Part shown: positions 10,210 to 28,970 of the stretch, one piece after another
Layout of the letters: the number at the start of each line of letters is the position of its first letter
Position numbering within the stretch: position 1 is the stretch's first letter
From: Amoebidium appalachense
Taxonomy: Eukaryota; Protista; Ichthyosporea
Assembly: GCA_963693365.1 (NCBI GenBank)
Contig: CAVNZM010000016.1
Coordinates: forward strand, 2,281,984 to 2,345,983
Length of the DNA stretch: 64,000 bases
Direction of reading: 5' to 3'
Translations under genes and position numbers: made by a program
Notes under the pieces: generated by a model
Told to the model about the DNA's origin: nothing
Database searches by the model: none
The model's input: only the letters and a program-made list of their open reading frames with translations

Positions 10210-11873
10210 CTGTGTGTCTGTGTGTTTGTGGTGGCCCGGGTGCGGGTGTGTGTGTGTGTACGTGTGTTTGTGTGCTGGTGTCCGTGTGTGTGTATGTATG
10301 AAACTTGTGTGTAAACGACTGCGTCTTATCGTCTGCACGCTCTTACTCCATGCGTGCGTGTGTGTGTGTGCCGTGTGTGTGTACATGTGTGTGTGTGTGT
10401 GTGTGTCTGTGTGTGTGTGTGTGTGTGCGCGCGCGCGCGCGCGTGCGTGCAAGTGTGTGCGCGAGCTTGTGTACCACTTTTCGTCACCCTACCCTAGGCA
10501 GATTATACGTGAAGTTGTTTACAAGCAGAGAATTAGGAACATGCTTTTGGTATGTTCAATACCTTTCTTGACTGTAGAAGTATAGAGGCGTGACGACCAG
10601 GAGCACTCACGCCTTGGACTCCCTCATTCTCTCTACCTCTAGAAAGAGCCCAGATGATCTGACATATACTAAATCCGTCTCAGCAGATCAGCCTAAGTCT
10701 ACGATCGAGATCGGGGGGGGGGGGGGGGGGGGGGGGGGGGTGGCCCGGGTCCACAGATCATCAAGATCAAGTCCGAGGCCTCAAGATAGCTGTACAGCTG
10801 CGTGCATCTTGCCTCTGCCGGCGCAGGGCATTGGACCACGTCAGCCGGGGCAGCCGACCAATAGAATTCTAATTAGTGTGTAGGATAGATCGTAGGAGGA
10901 CTTAGGAATGTGATTGTTCGGGCAGAAGCCCTTTTGTAAGTATTGGCAAGGTTTGATAGTGTATGTTGCCAAACGTGTTTATATATTTCGATGTAGAGGA
11001 AAGGGGGGAGGGAGGGGGGGGGGAGGATAGTATGAAAGGTAGATTTAGACTCTGCGGTGCCACTAGGGGGAGGGTGAGGGGTGAGACATGGATAAATATA
11101 TTAGTTGAGTAGATCGACTTAGCTCGTGCAGGCGCACGATAAAGTAGATCGGAATGTTTGGAATGTGGCATCGTAGGGGGGCCAGGTGATGATGATCTTT
11201 GAGGGCACGGCCTTGATGGCCTCAGTTGTGACTTAGCCTCATTCCGTACGGATCTAAGTTTTGCCCGTCGGAGCCTGGTCTGAATAAACTTTACCGTTTT
11301 TCCGAACACGTTCGTTCCTTTTGTGTGTGTACACTTAGTAGAGTGCCGCGTCTCTAGTACATACACAATAGGTTACCGTGACGACATGATCTGTCGGCCC
11401 TTATTCTAAAATTGCACGCTGCACCCCTTAGCCATTTAAGTGACCCCATACTCTGCTAGTTTGCACAATAAATATAATAACGACCAGCTTTCCTCCTTTC
11501 CATCATCAACCGATTCTCACTTCAGGACAAGCTCAAACTGTACAGTAGAGCGGCCGTTGGGAAACTGATGACTCCAAGCCACGGCCATCTAGAAACACCA
11601 CGGCCATCTAGAAACACCAGATGGCCGTGCTCCAAGCCCGGAGGCACACATTCAGCATGCCGGAGGCAAGACCGTCGTGACCATTTCTTGCTACCGTCGT
11701 GGCTCCCCGAGACTCATGGACATGAAATCAGAGGCAAGTACGGAAGTTTATTATTTTGAAAATAAAATAAATACTCTAAAAGAATATTATGAATAACTGT
11801 TGATGGACATCTAACGAACCATGAAAACTATGGTGTGTGTACGTGCATGTAAGTGCACGTACGGTGTGTGTGC

Positions 11874-11963
<90 letters not shown>

Positions 11964-12140
11964 CTACCCTAAAGAAGGAAACAGTGTCCCTAACGCGCAA
12001 TGGCCAAGGACACCCCTTCATCTATCCAAATCTACCTAACTTGCTTTTGTGATAGTTTTAAAGCTTTGTGAATTCCTTTGTGTTTCTGAGCTCTACAGTG
12101 TACTCACCCGGGCTTGGCCGTATGTGTAGGAAAATAATAA

Positions 12141-13584
12141 TTAGCACTGGAGTAATTCTGATTCCCACACACTGAGTGCATCCTCGGTTCTGACAAACGC
12201 ATCCATATAGTATCTTGGATAGAAGTGGTGAATGGCCGCCAAAACCGTTCGACAGTGGGCCAGCCCATTGTGCAGCCGTGAAGGTCTTGGATCATGATAC
12301 AGCTCTGCAGCATAACTGCTTAGAAGCTCATCAATAACCCAGACATTTTCACACCGGCCGATACCCCGGGTAGTCTTACACCAGCCAACAAATCGGTCTA
12401 GCACCCTATCATAATGACGGATGATAGCTGATTGTCTGTCGATGTTCAATACCCGTGCCACGCTGGGACTCGGAACGATTGCGCGTGACCGTGACGGTTC
12501 ATCCGCGGGGTTATGTGCTGACGGCACCCACACCCAGGATGGACGCACTGCTGCTGCGCACAGGAGAGCTGCCACTCTTCTACAGAGGTGGTTCAGGCGC
12601 CTAGAGCTTGATCTCCCCTTCGCCACAGCATACACCAACGCTGTGTTCAGGTGAATCAGATGTGCGACCCGTGTGTGATGATTACGTGGAGCTCGTACAA
12701 AACGACGAAGTGACAAAAGCAACGCATGTCCCTCTAAAATGGTGATGTGATCTGTGTGCTGCCACCGTGCGGAAATGGGATGGTACCACTGCAAGCCATC
12801 CACCATATCCAACAAGCTAGCGGCGCATGCGGGGGGCTCCGGCTCAAGTGACTGGGGAGCGAAGGTGGGCTCTTCAATTTCATTTGCAACATAAACATCG
12901 CTGCGCTCGACCGATGACGGCATATAACGAGGGTCGCCGGCCTTCGTGTCGTGCCCGTCGAGGGAAAGAAAGGAATACCCGGGTTTTGAGACGGACTGGG
13001 ACAGCGCCAATAACGATTGCTCGACCGTGACATTGGCAACCGACACCCCTGCGCCAGTCATGGACGCATCCGAGGCCAGCACGACGGAGGCTGGCTGAGC
13101 CGACAGATCACACACCACCAAGGGAGATAATGCAATCAACATAGACAATTCGACCTTAACTGCGAGGGGAATAGTGAGATCTGTCAGTGGCGTCGTGGCA
13201 TTGGAGTAAACAAACTCGTAGCAAGATTCCAACACTGAGAAAAGGCACCTATTCAAAAGTAACAACCAAGCCCAGCCCCCCAACAACCGGGATAAATTTC
13301 GTGGAGACACTGCTTGCAGGCGTAAAACGACTTCAGTGTCAGCCAGAAGCTTGGCTAGCTTAGAAGAGTCGGGTCGAATTTTACCGTCGGACCCAATGGC
13401 GAGACCGAGTGCCACCGTTTCGGGTGTAGTTCGGGCTGCTCACACCGTCTTTGACGGCTTGATTTCGAATCCGTTTTCCTCGCCTGCTAGCCCCGCTGCT
13501 GTCATCTCCGAATTCACCCTAGATTCTTCGAACCCTATCCCCACCCTTTTCACTCTACAAGACTCCTCAACGCTAGCGAGCTAA
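12141..13584 (-). mobile_element. DIRS-like (tyrosine-recombinase retrotransposon) remnant: RT C-terminus, RNase H, start of YR
   Basis: GFEIKPSKT (then TGA) ...LGL...LSRLLGGWAW; RNase H motifs SDASMTGAG, HITILE, AKGRSSSRRLN, WVPSAHNPADEPSR; then a YR N-terminal-like segment YDRVLDRFVGWC...RTVLAAIHHF. Truncated on both sides. Confidence 0.85.
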
Positions 13585-15099
13585 TCAGCATGCTGAAGGG
13601 AAAAGACAAATGTAAAAGTCGTATTAATATCTAGAGCGAAAAAAGGAACCTTGAAAATGAGGAGAACGAGCTGGTTAACTTAGTTGAGTTGCCAGAATTC
13701 GTGTGACAATTGCAGAAATCAACAGAAAAAAGGACAGCTAGCTAAGGCAACTAGTTTGTGCGCTTTTACACTAGCACCACCAAACTTAGTTCAACCAACT
13801 AACTCTACAAATCCCTTTTAACTCTGATGCCAGACACTCACACAAACGCTAAAACGAAAACCAAAGACTGAAATCCAAACGACATGTACTCCTTTAAATA
13901 CCCGTTCCCAGGATGCATTTGGAATTTGAAGCCAGACTGAAGAAACCAATCAAATGCTTTAAAATCTGACCAGATCAGAACATGCAATCAAAACCGAACC
14001 ACACTAACTATATATGGAAACCAGGAATCCAACACAACTAATGCATGACAAATAACCAATCACCTCACCGCAATGCCACTCGGTGGATCTTCGTCTCTCA
14101 CCGCTGCTTCCTCCCGCTCGAGAACAACATAGCCCCCACATTGTACAAAATTGGTTTTCGATTGGTCGGCGAAGTGTGGTGCGACATTCCATCTTCAGAT
14201 TCCACTCATGAGCCCGCGAAAGGCGCACGAGCCCGAATGTGATCGTACGACTATCGAAAGTCGCGGTCAATGTGTCGCGTGCGCCGGCGGAGTTAGGTCT
14301 AGTTTATACCCTTTCGTCGATTATCAGCAGATCAAAAAGTTTGGTACAATTTACCTCCCGATTACCCACAGATTTCGCTACATGCCGCTTCTGATTATCT
14401 GCGGGTACGGGGGGTAGTTTTTCGCAGAGGTACTGTAGCTCAACTCCGCATCAACACCGCCCGTTATTACTAGAGTTCATTTGATACACATCAAGATCAA
14501 CTCCTAAGAATCGTACAAACTAATAAGATTAAACGATCTATTAATCTTCATTACGAATATATAAAGCCAATTAGGTATTCATCCTATATATTTTATAGGA
14601 GCTCCGCGTGTCGTCTCTAAGGATCATAAAGGTGATCAAAAAATTAGAGTACCAATTATACATGTAAGATTTAGTTTCCTACTCATTGACCTGCTCTCTG
14701 TGTCGAAAAATGTTGTATATTTAAGAATGTTACTCCTCGAGAGTACTTTAAATTTTATGTTATTTCAGCATATAGTGGAATTTAAGAACTGTATCATCCA
14801 TGACACTCGTAATTTATTAGCTTTTATGATTAACAAGGATCGGCAATAACAAGAGCCTAATTAACATCCATGATTACTAAGGATCGTCAATGACAAGAGA
14901 CTAGTGACTAACTAATTAACATCCATAATTGCCAAGGATCGTCACGGTCAATGACAAAACTCCTCGGTATAAACTCCTCACCCAACTTCTTTATCACTCT
15001 TCTTTAAGATGTTATACCCCCATGAGAGCGAAGCGAGTATTGGGGCTCATAGTACTCTAGTACCATCTACAGCTGTCACTCTGAAACCATCTTCTATCT

Positions 15100-15736
15100 G
15101 CTAAAACTCCAATTTCAAGTTCTGACCTCTAAAATTCCGATTCTCCGTAATTTACCATTCTTTAGATTTTCATCTTTTTCTTTCCTACTATTGAATGATT
15201 TAATTCCACTCTTAATGTACTATTAACATAGTACTAGATTTACTACTATACATAATAAATAAGTTGAATGATTATAATTTAAGATTCTTATTAATTCCAT
15301 AAATTCAGATTTCAGACCTCTAAAACTCCAAAGTTGGCAAAGTTTTGGATTTTAGCTTTTTCTGAATTTAGGATTTTTATTTTCATCTTTTCTCTTCCTA
15401 CTATTGAATAATTTAATTCTACTCCTAATGTACTATTAACATAGCACTAGATTCCTTACTATACATATTGAATATTTAATTACAATTTAAGATCTGCTAA
15501 ACCTCCAAAGTTGGCAAAATTCTAGATTTTAGCATTGTCTGGATTTAGGATTTTAATTTACTCACAGTATTAACATAGTACTAGATTCCCTACTATATGT
15601 AATAAATAAATTAATTTCAATATAAGATTTTTATTAAGTTCATAAATTCCAATTTCTGATCTGTTTAAACTCCAAAGTTGGCAAGGTTTTGGATTTTTGA
15701 CATCTTCTGGATTTAGGATTTTTATTTTCATCTTTT
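15100..15736. repeat. AT-rich imperfect tandem repeat (~135-215 bp units, 3-4 copies)
   Basis: Recurrent blocks CTCCAAAGTTGGCAA (~15326, 15503, 15670) and TATTAACATAG(T/C)ACTAGATT (~15221, 15434, 15568). Confidence 0.8.
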
Positions 15737-15898
15737 ATCCTGACGGAAGCTTGGAATAAGAGAAGAGAAGAGAAGAGAGTAGGAAAGATAGCCCCCGAGG
15801 ATCCCCGAACTGAGGGGAGGGTTGGCTAAAATGCCCATCAGGTTGTGTGTACTGTGTGCACAGGCGTGTGTACTGCCGGAATCCAAGCAGGAACTCGT

Positions 15899-15934
<36 letters not shown>

Positions 15935-16009
15935 CGTGTTTGGTCAGAAAGCCTGTCGTGTTCAAGAGGTTGTGGCGGTACAGCCTACTCATGCACACTC
16001 CTTGCACTC

Positions 16010-16940
16010 ATAATTGAGTGCCGAATAACAGAAAACACCGTTCGGCCAGACCGGAAATTCGAGTGTTTTGGGCCGTTGAGCATAATAATTAAGCTTTTTG
16101 CTTAATAATTATTTTTCTTTTGACTGGATTTATTCGACGGAAAGATATGCAAGTATGCACGGCATACTGAGAAGACAATCTATAAAAAAAACTTCACGAG
16201 TTATCCAGTAACAAGTGCATACTGAGATACCTGAACACTGTGTGAAAATCAGTTAAATACTCAATGTGACGACCAACAGAATTCAACAAAAAATCTAAAG
16301 TGGTCACATTGCCAGCCAGTGTAGCAGACACCCGTACTAGGGAAAGAGGTAAAACGCGACATAAAAACTCACACTTATCAACATGCTTGCGATTAAAAGG
16401 TTCAGCACCAAAGTGGCACCAGCGGCGATGGAAACAAAAATTACAACGCCACTGCACAACTTCCCAGGCAGTATCAACATCAGAGCCTCATACAGACTTA
16501 TCTACTAGGGTGGTATCCATACGTACAGCAGGAGAAATATATCCTGCCAAAGCTCCCAAAAAGCGATAATGATCAGTACGGTGTTGCCTAAGGAACATAA
16601 CACATGCCGACTGAGTTTTACCTTTGATTTCTCTATCAGAACGAGAAAGAAACTTATACTGGGTATGGTAATAACGCGAAAAGGCAGAAAAAACAGGAAG
16701 AGAAAAAAAAGAGGGAGTTAGATAGCGAGAGGAAGAATCAGGTAGGCTGAGGACATTCATGAAAGTAGCGTTGTTTGTCATTTAAGCTTTTCACTTAATA
16801 ATTATGCTTTTGCTTGATAATTAAGCTCTTGGCATAATAATTATGCTCGAGCTTAAAAATTAAGCAAAAGCATAACAATTAAGCTTTTGCATAATAACTA
16901 AGCTAAAAGCGAGTTTATTAAGCTCGTGTGGTGGGGCCCT
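16010..16940 (-). mobile_element. Candidate degenerate DNA transposon with subterminal AATTAAGC/GCTTAAT repeats around an interrupted ORF
   Basis: Motif clusters at 16078-16115 and 16780-16925. ORFs 16781-16488 and 16457-16194 are in the same frame, separated by one TGA. No matched TIR pair found. Confidence 0.35.
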
Positions 16941-17337
16941 AGATGGGGGGGAAGGGGGGAGGGGGGTTTGGGGTGAGCTCGTGGGGTCAGTGATGGCATT
17001 AAGGTGCACCTTAAATGTGACTATTCCCCTCCCCTTCCCCCTCCCCCTTCCCCCCCCTCCCCCCCCCCTCCCCCCCCCCCCCCCCCCCCCCCCTCAAAAA
17101 AAAAAAAAAAAAAAAAAAACTGGGTAAACACAAACATCCTTACCTCACTCCCACCCCCCCCACCCCCCCACCCCCTCCCCTTCCACCCCCCCTCCCCACA
17201 AAAAAAAGAAGAACATGATAAAGAAACCTGCCACAAATTCAATATTGCACAAAATTGAGCTAGCCTTCACCCCCTCCTCCCCCTCCCCCCAAACCCCCCT
17301 CGGGGCGTTCCCCCAAAACACACATGCGCGCACATGT

Positions 17338-17381
<44 letters not shown>

Positions 17382-17441
17382 CGTGACGCACGCACACCCA
17401 CACACACACACACGAGCACACACAACACACACACATACACT

Positions 17442-17475
<34 letters not shown>

Positions 17476-17666
17476 AGAGAGGGGGGGAGGGGGTGGGGGG
17501 GGCGGCGAGAGAGAGACTCATGGAGAGAACGAGGGAGGGGGACAGAGAGAGAAAGAAGGGGGGGGGGGGGGGGGTCGGGAAAGAGAGAGGCCGGGGAGGG
17601 TTTGGGGGGGGGGGGGGGGGGGGGGATGGGAGGGGGATAGACAGCGATAGAGTGAGGGGGGGGGGG

Positions 17667-17706
<40 letters not shown>

Positions 17707-17763
17707 GGGAGAGAGAGGGAGAGGGAGAGAGAGAAGGGGGGAGAGGGGGGGGGGGGGGGGGGG

Positions 17764-17973
<210 letters not shown>

Positions 17974-18133
17974 CGGCCCGCCGCGCGGCTGGCTCCTTAG
18001 CATTTTTAAATCTTCGGGGGATCCAAACACTTTTTCTCTTTCTTTCCTCGCACCATGCCTATCTATTTAATATGTCCACATCATCACGCCCTTTTCTGAC
18101 ACTTCTAGATCTTCCCCTTCGAAGCCCATGCGT

Positions 18134-18212
<79 letters not shown>

Positions 18213-18550
18213 GTGGGGAGGGGGGGGGGGGGGGGGGGGTCATAGTATCTAATGCAGGCACCGTATGTGTAGACGGTGCTGGGATTACGCGTCCCCCCAT
18301 CGGCTTGTCTCTGTGGTTCTCAAAACTATAATATTGTCTGCCCTCACAAAGTAAACGGGTGCGTGCCACCTGGGTGGGTGTGAGAGTGTGGGCAAGTGTG
18401 GGTGCGTGTGCGTATGTGAAGGAATGTGTGGGCGTGCCTGCTGTGCGAGCTATGTATGTAAGAGGGAAATTAAAGGGAGCGACGGATGGGAGGGAGATGC
18501 TGAGAGCGGGGGGCGGGGAGGGGGATTGCGCAATGTGTTTGCATGTGTCT

Positions 18551-18623
<73 letters not shown>

Positions 18624-18699
18624 AGGTGTGTGGAGGGGGGAGGGACTCGGGGGAGGGGAAGGGGTGCTGGATATGACGGTTCAGTACCCTACCAGTCCC

Positions 18700-18731
<32 letters not shown>

Positions 18732-19101
18732 AATAAATAAATATATATATATATATAAAATAAAAAACCTTCTCTCTCGGAGTATCTACTCATTCCCAAC
18801 TCCCCCCCCCCCCCCTTCCTTCCCCCCCCCCCCCCCCTCTCCAGTCCTCCCCGCCCCATCCCCCCCCACTCCCCCCCCCCCCCCCCACACACCTCTAGCA
18901 CTGAGTCTGAGACCACGCACCACACATACGCAACCACGTGCGCACGCACGTACATACCCACGCACGCACGCACATAACCGTCGTTTGAACCACACGAACC
19001 GTTCTCTTTTACTCTTTTCTTCCCGTTCCCTCCCTCAATTTCTTAGCTTTTTCCCACTGTAACAGCCTTCCTGTTTATCTCCTTCCACCACCCCGCCCCC
19101 A

Positions 19102-19147
<46 letters not shown>

Positions 19148-21233
19148 CTCCCCCCTCAATCCTTCCTTCCCCAGCAACCTCCTCCCCCCTCCCCCCCCCC
19201 CCCTCCCCCCCACACACACACACACACAGACACACCCCTCCTCCTTACTTCTTCTCTCTTCCAACGGCATTTCACACGCTAACGCACAATACAGTGCGTT
19301 TACTAAAGGCATTAGTTGAAAGCAACGTTGTGTTGGACACAAAAATCGAATCACGACGTTTGTTCTTTCTTTTGGTGTACATACACGTTGGGGGATTTCA
19401 ACGGAAAACGAAATGTGGTGCCGGCGATCGCGACACACGTCAGTGCCCCAAAAATCAGGGAAAGCCCAAACTAACTTGCGTGTGTGTTTAAGTTTCTGAG
19501 ATTGTGGGTGGAAAAAAGCCCTTTGTTTTTCCTTAGCAATACTGTAAGTATTAGCCTTTTATATGACGACAAGCAGGTGTGAAGGCCTAGGGGACACGAA
19601 CGCTGACACGAACGGTTCGAAGCTTCAAGTCCGAAACGGCACGAAACACAGGTTACACAGCACGAACAGAAACGAAATGGAGTATTAACACGTTTATATG
19701 ATTGGGTTAGTTAACCTTTTTAAATTGTAATAGGTGGAGTTTTGGAATCATGATGACAAATAAGGTTAGTATGTCATGAAAGGCTCATTCCAAATACCGC
19801 ACAACCGTTCTCGCAACTTCAGCCTGTGTGGACACACGAACGACGAACTTGAGCCGTTTCTTTTTGTGTGTTTTTGCTTGTTTGAAAACAGCTATTGCAA
19901 AGTCTTTATTATTCTCGCAACTCATAATGTTTTTAAAAACTCCGGTGTGAATGTTTTCTTCACAGCTTGGACAAAGCACTTGACCACATTGGTCGCATTC
20001 TGTGGTTCACATTTCAGAATTGGAATTCAGGCACATCATAATTATTGTATAGGCCAGTTTGGTTTTGGAAGAAACAGAGGTTCCAACCCTCCTACCTCTT
20101 TTTCCTTCCTTTTGCGAAACGACACTTACTGCCACATAAAAGTCTTCCAAAATGTGAGTCAACATCTGCCCCTACAGTGGCAGACTAGACCTTCACCTAG
20201 GCTAGGAATTATCCAACACTTCCATACTTGGATCTAACTTACGACTGAAACGCAAATCATATATGTCGCACACGGTAACAAAAAACCGCACACGTGCCAG
20301 TGGTTCCGCGGGGAAAAGCCCCTTCGTTCCACGTGAACGTGAAGAGAGGTGGGCAGGCGTAACGAGGTACGGGTAAACATTTTCTCACGGTCTGTGCTTG
20401 ATGGTCAGATCTGTGATTTTCTCGAAACTGCTCAGTATGTGTGTTACCAAAAAAGAAAAAAGAAAAGAAACCGTGGGCGAAAATTCGCGATCGTACGCAT
20501 GCATGCTTGCAGGTGTTGCGTAGATGCCTGTGTGGGTTGCATGTGGTTGTATGTGTAGGGTTAACGATAAATCTCGAGTCACTTTTTTTTATTTTTTTTT
20601 TAAGGACAGCTGCACTGATTCTCAGGACAGAAGCTCTAATTCTCATCTTTTAGCATCTGCACGCGCATACACTTGGTCATGCACACATTTTTGCATGTGT
20701 TCGTGAACCCGATCGTGCCCCGTGTGCGGGCTCACTGTGTGTGTGTGCGTCCGTGTGTGTGTGTGTGGGGGTGGGTGGGTGGGTGGGTGTGTGGGGTGTG
20801 TGCGCGCGCGTGTGCTGGCACACCTGGTGTTCTTGTGCATGCGTGTACGATCTTGGTGCGTGTGAGCGGTGCGTATGTGCATGAGTGCGTGTGTTCGTGT
20901 GTACATTTGTTCGTGTGTGTGTGTGTGTGTGTTGTGTGTGTGTGTGCTCACGCGTGTGTGCGCGCCCGCATGTATCACACTCCATTGCATCTTCTGGTAT
21001 GTATGGTGGATCTATGGGTGCAGCAACCTGTACTTTGTATGTGTGCTCGTTCGAACTTTTGCAAGATGTACTTGTGTGCTGTACTTGTGTGCATAAGTGG
21101 GGCTGTGTGGATGTGGTCTCCCCCCCCTCCCCCCTTTCCCTTTTTTCTTTTTTCAATTCTGTTTTTGTGAGTTTAAAGATGTGCAGCAGCAAGTGCTTGC
21201 TCTTTCTTCTTTTCTTTTCTCTCTTTGTGTGTG

Positions 21234-21267
<34 letters not shown>

Positions 21268-21548
21268 CGAGCGTGCGTCCGCGCGGGTGCATGGGCGGGC
21301 AGGCGGGACAGTGGCAGGATGAGGGGCAGGAATGCAGTGAAATACGTGTGCATGTGTTTATGCGCGCTATTTTTGTCTGTGTGTGTGTGTGTGTGTGTGT
21401 AGCTGTCTGTGCATGTGTGTGCACATGCGTGCCTGTGTGTATGCATGCGGCTTCCCGTACGCATTTTTACGTGTGTTTGTACTTTTGATTGACCCCATGT
21501 ATACCAACCCCATATAGGCGGCCTTGGTGCATACTCAACCAGAAGAAG

Positions 21549-25959
<4,411 letters not shown>

Positions 25960-26086
25960 CGCAATGCTCCTCGGGCCGACCCGGAAGAAGTCAACGATAG
26001 GAAAGACCGACGCAACTGCATGATTTGCCGCTGTGAATATACCCATTTTTCCTAATTGACTTGATTTTGTTTTTGCATCTTGTTGT

Positions 26087-26133
<47 letters not shown>

Positions 26134-26165
26134 CGCGTGTGTGCGTGCGTGCGTGCGTGCGTGGG

Positions 26166-26209
<44 letters not shown>

Positions 26210-26453
26210 TGTGTGCGTGTATCATACGGTATATATATATACGCCAGGAATTGAGGTCCGGTGTGGCCGGGTTGTGTGCATGTGCCTGGACACGTAGGGG
26301 CACCTTTCCGTAGAAGTGCATGTGGTGCAGTTGTTTTTTTGATTGATGTAGTTGTTTTGTCATGGTGTGTTTACTTATCGTGTGCACCCCCGTCCCCCCC
26401 CCCTCCCCCCCCCCCCCTCCCCCTCCCCCCCCCCCTTCTCCACACCTCCCCCT

Positions 26454-26540
<87 letters not shown>

Positions 26541-26647
26541 ACCACCACCACCACCACCACCATGCCGCCACTAAGCAATCAACACCCACTTAATCCCCCC
26601 CTACACACACACACACACACACAAACACGCACGTGCGCGCACACACG

Positions 26648-26723
<76 letters not shown>

Positions 26724-26726
26724 CAC

Positions 26727-26781
<55 letters not shown>

Positions 26782-26786
26782 CACGG

Positions 26787-26817
<31 letters not shown>

Positions 26818-28586
26818 CACACACATGCGTGTGCGCCCGCGCTGCACACACGCACACAAACCGTTTAAAGGAAAGTGTGGTGTCACACCTGCCACAGATA
26901 CACAGACACATTACACTGTTGCTGTGCGCACACGCACGCGCTCGTGCACGTATACATACGTGAAACTGCTGTCTTGCAAGTGAATGTGCGATTTGAGTGG
27001 GGAGGGTGTTGGTTTAGCCCTGTATTCTTTTAAAAAATACAGATCCCAGGGTATGATTCTTTACGGTTAGAAGCCAAGGGCTCATTAAAAGAGTGTCTGT
27101 GTAGATAGTTTTATGGTTTTATCTTTCTTGCTAAGGGAACTTGTGTGTGTTCTCTTGTCACCATTTTTCTAAATTTGCTGAACTGAGTTCTTTTAGTGCC
27201 GTTTTTTTGTAAACTTTAACCTTGGTTTCAGAAAAACGATAATATCCTATGGAGACTATGAAGCGTAATAACGTGCTTGTTTTCCAGACGCGTGGCTCAA
27301 AAGTAATTAATAATTTCACATGTTTTGACCATTGTAGCATCGTTTCTATGATTACGATCGGATAACCCATATATGGAAGTTGTGCATAATCGATTATATC
27401 ATAATCACAGTGAAGATTGCCCCTATTGTGTGCGTACGGGGAGCCCAAATCGTATAGTTGGATTTCGATAATTATTTCAGATTTTCGGAATCTTGAATAG
27501 TGTATTTGTTTGTGTAGTGGGGCCGGCACCCACTGGCGACGAGGGAGAAAAAGAACGGAAAGTTCAAAATGCAGGCTAGCAGTGTGGTGGAGCTGGAATT
27601 ACCCACCCGGAGATTTAAAGTGAATATTATTATAATGTGGTTGGGGGGGGGGGGGGGGGGACGTTCAACTTCGGTGCACGATAGTTTTGCGCACGTACAA
27701 AACACCACGAGCTAAATCGTGTGTGTGTGTGTGTGTGTGCGCATACCGTGTACGTGTGTGTGATGTGTGCTGTGTGTTTATGTGCGTGCGTACATTACAT
27801 TAAGTGTGTGTGTGTGTGTGGTGCAATGTGTACTGCGATGTGCGAGACGTGTGCGTAGTGTATTACGCATGCACGCGTTTTCTGGGCGTGTCCTTGTGTG
27901 CCGGATGTGTGCTAAGTGCAATTGTGCAATTGTGTGGACGCGGCTTGGGACGGGCATGCGCGTGTACATCATTTCGGAGTGTTCTTTGAGCTCTCTAGCT
28001 TACGTAACTTCAGTGTGTGTGTGTGTGTGCTCGTATGCGGATGTGCGTGCATGTGTTGTTCCATATGTGTGCTTGTGACACGTGTGGGCCTATGTGTGTC
28101 CACATACACATGCATGCGCGATGGCGTATGTGTACATGTACAAACACGCACATATGTGTGCCCCTCTGTCTCTTCCCCTATGGTAGTTATAACGTTCAGA
28201 AATCCACTCCGAAATTTAGCAATTGAAGACCGCTTTTTATTTGCTCGAGTCATCTGTTTGACTCTCGGGGCATACACAGTTCCCCTTCATATACTACAAG
28301 TAAACATTTTTCGGTTCTTTTTTTCTTTCCTAGACATAGTTTTACACATTCCTGACCAGCAGAATTGGTTTCTAAAATACTTTTGTTAATACTAAAGAAA
28401 AGAAAAAGTGTCATATGCAGATTCCTTTCCAACTAATTTACACATCAACTGTGGTTATACCACATGGAAAAGATTGGGTTTGTTCGTACGACAACGGTGA
28501 ACAATAGAGGGTAGAGGGCAACCAAGACTTGCCCCGATTTCTACAAAAGCAGTAGAAGGAATTACACGTTCCCCTCCCTCCCTCCC

Positions 28587-28631
<45 letters not shown>

Positions 28632-28921
28632 AAAAAAAAAAGAAAAGAAAAAGAAAAAAAAGGAAGAGGGGACAGAAAGCAGTTCAGCATGGAAATGAAA
28701 GGAACACAAAAAATCACACATGTTCCTTGACAATGGTATGACAATTTCCAACACCGTACTACTAAGCAGGCAACCCCATTTCAGCGCAATCACATAATAC
28801 CGATTACGAAGAAAACTCAATGCTACCATCAAGACACTTCCAAGTTTAGACCTGTAGTAGGGGTCTCCCCAAACACTCACCCCCCATTCTTCTCGTCATC
28901 AAAAAAAAAAAAAATGCCTGT

Positions 28922-28959
<38 letters not shown>

Positions 28960-28970
28960 ACCTCTTTTTG

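Noticed and set aside
10570-11400. Possible RIP-like hypermutated TE block (many TAG/CTA)
   Set aside because: CpA/TpG are still common by eye and no protein motif was recognised; dinucleotide indices would be needed.
16486-16492. In-frame TGA as selenocysteine or alternative genetic code
   Set aside because: The SAM-domain gene ends in TGA and the host genes use TGG for Trp; no SECIS seen. A nonsense mutation is simpler.
27050-28440. AT-rich blocks resembling DNA-transposon ends
   Set aside because: No TIR pair, TSD or transposase motif could be fixed.
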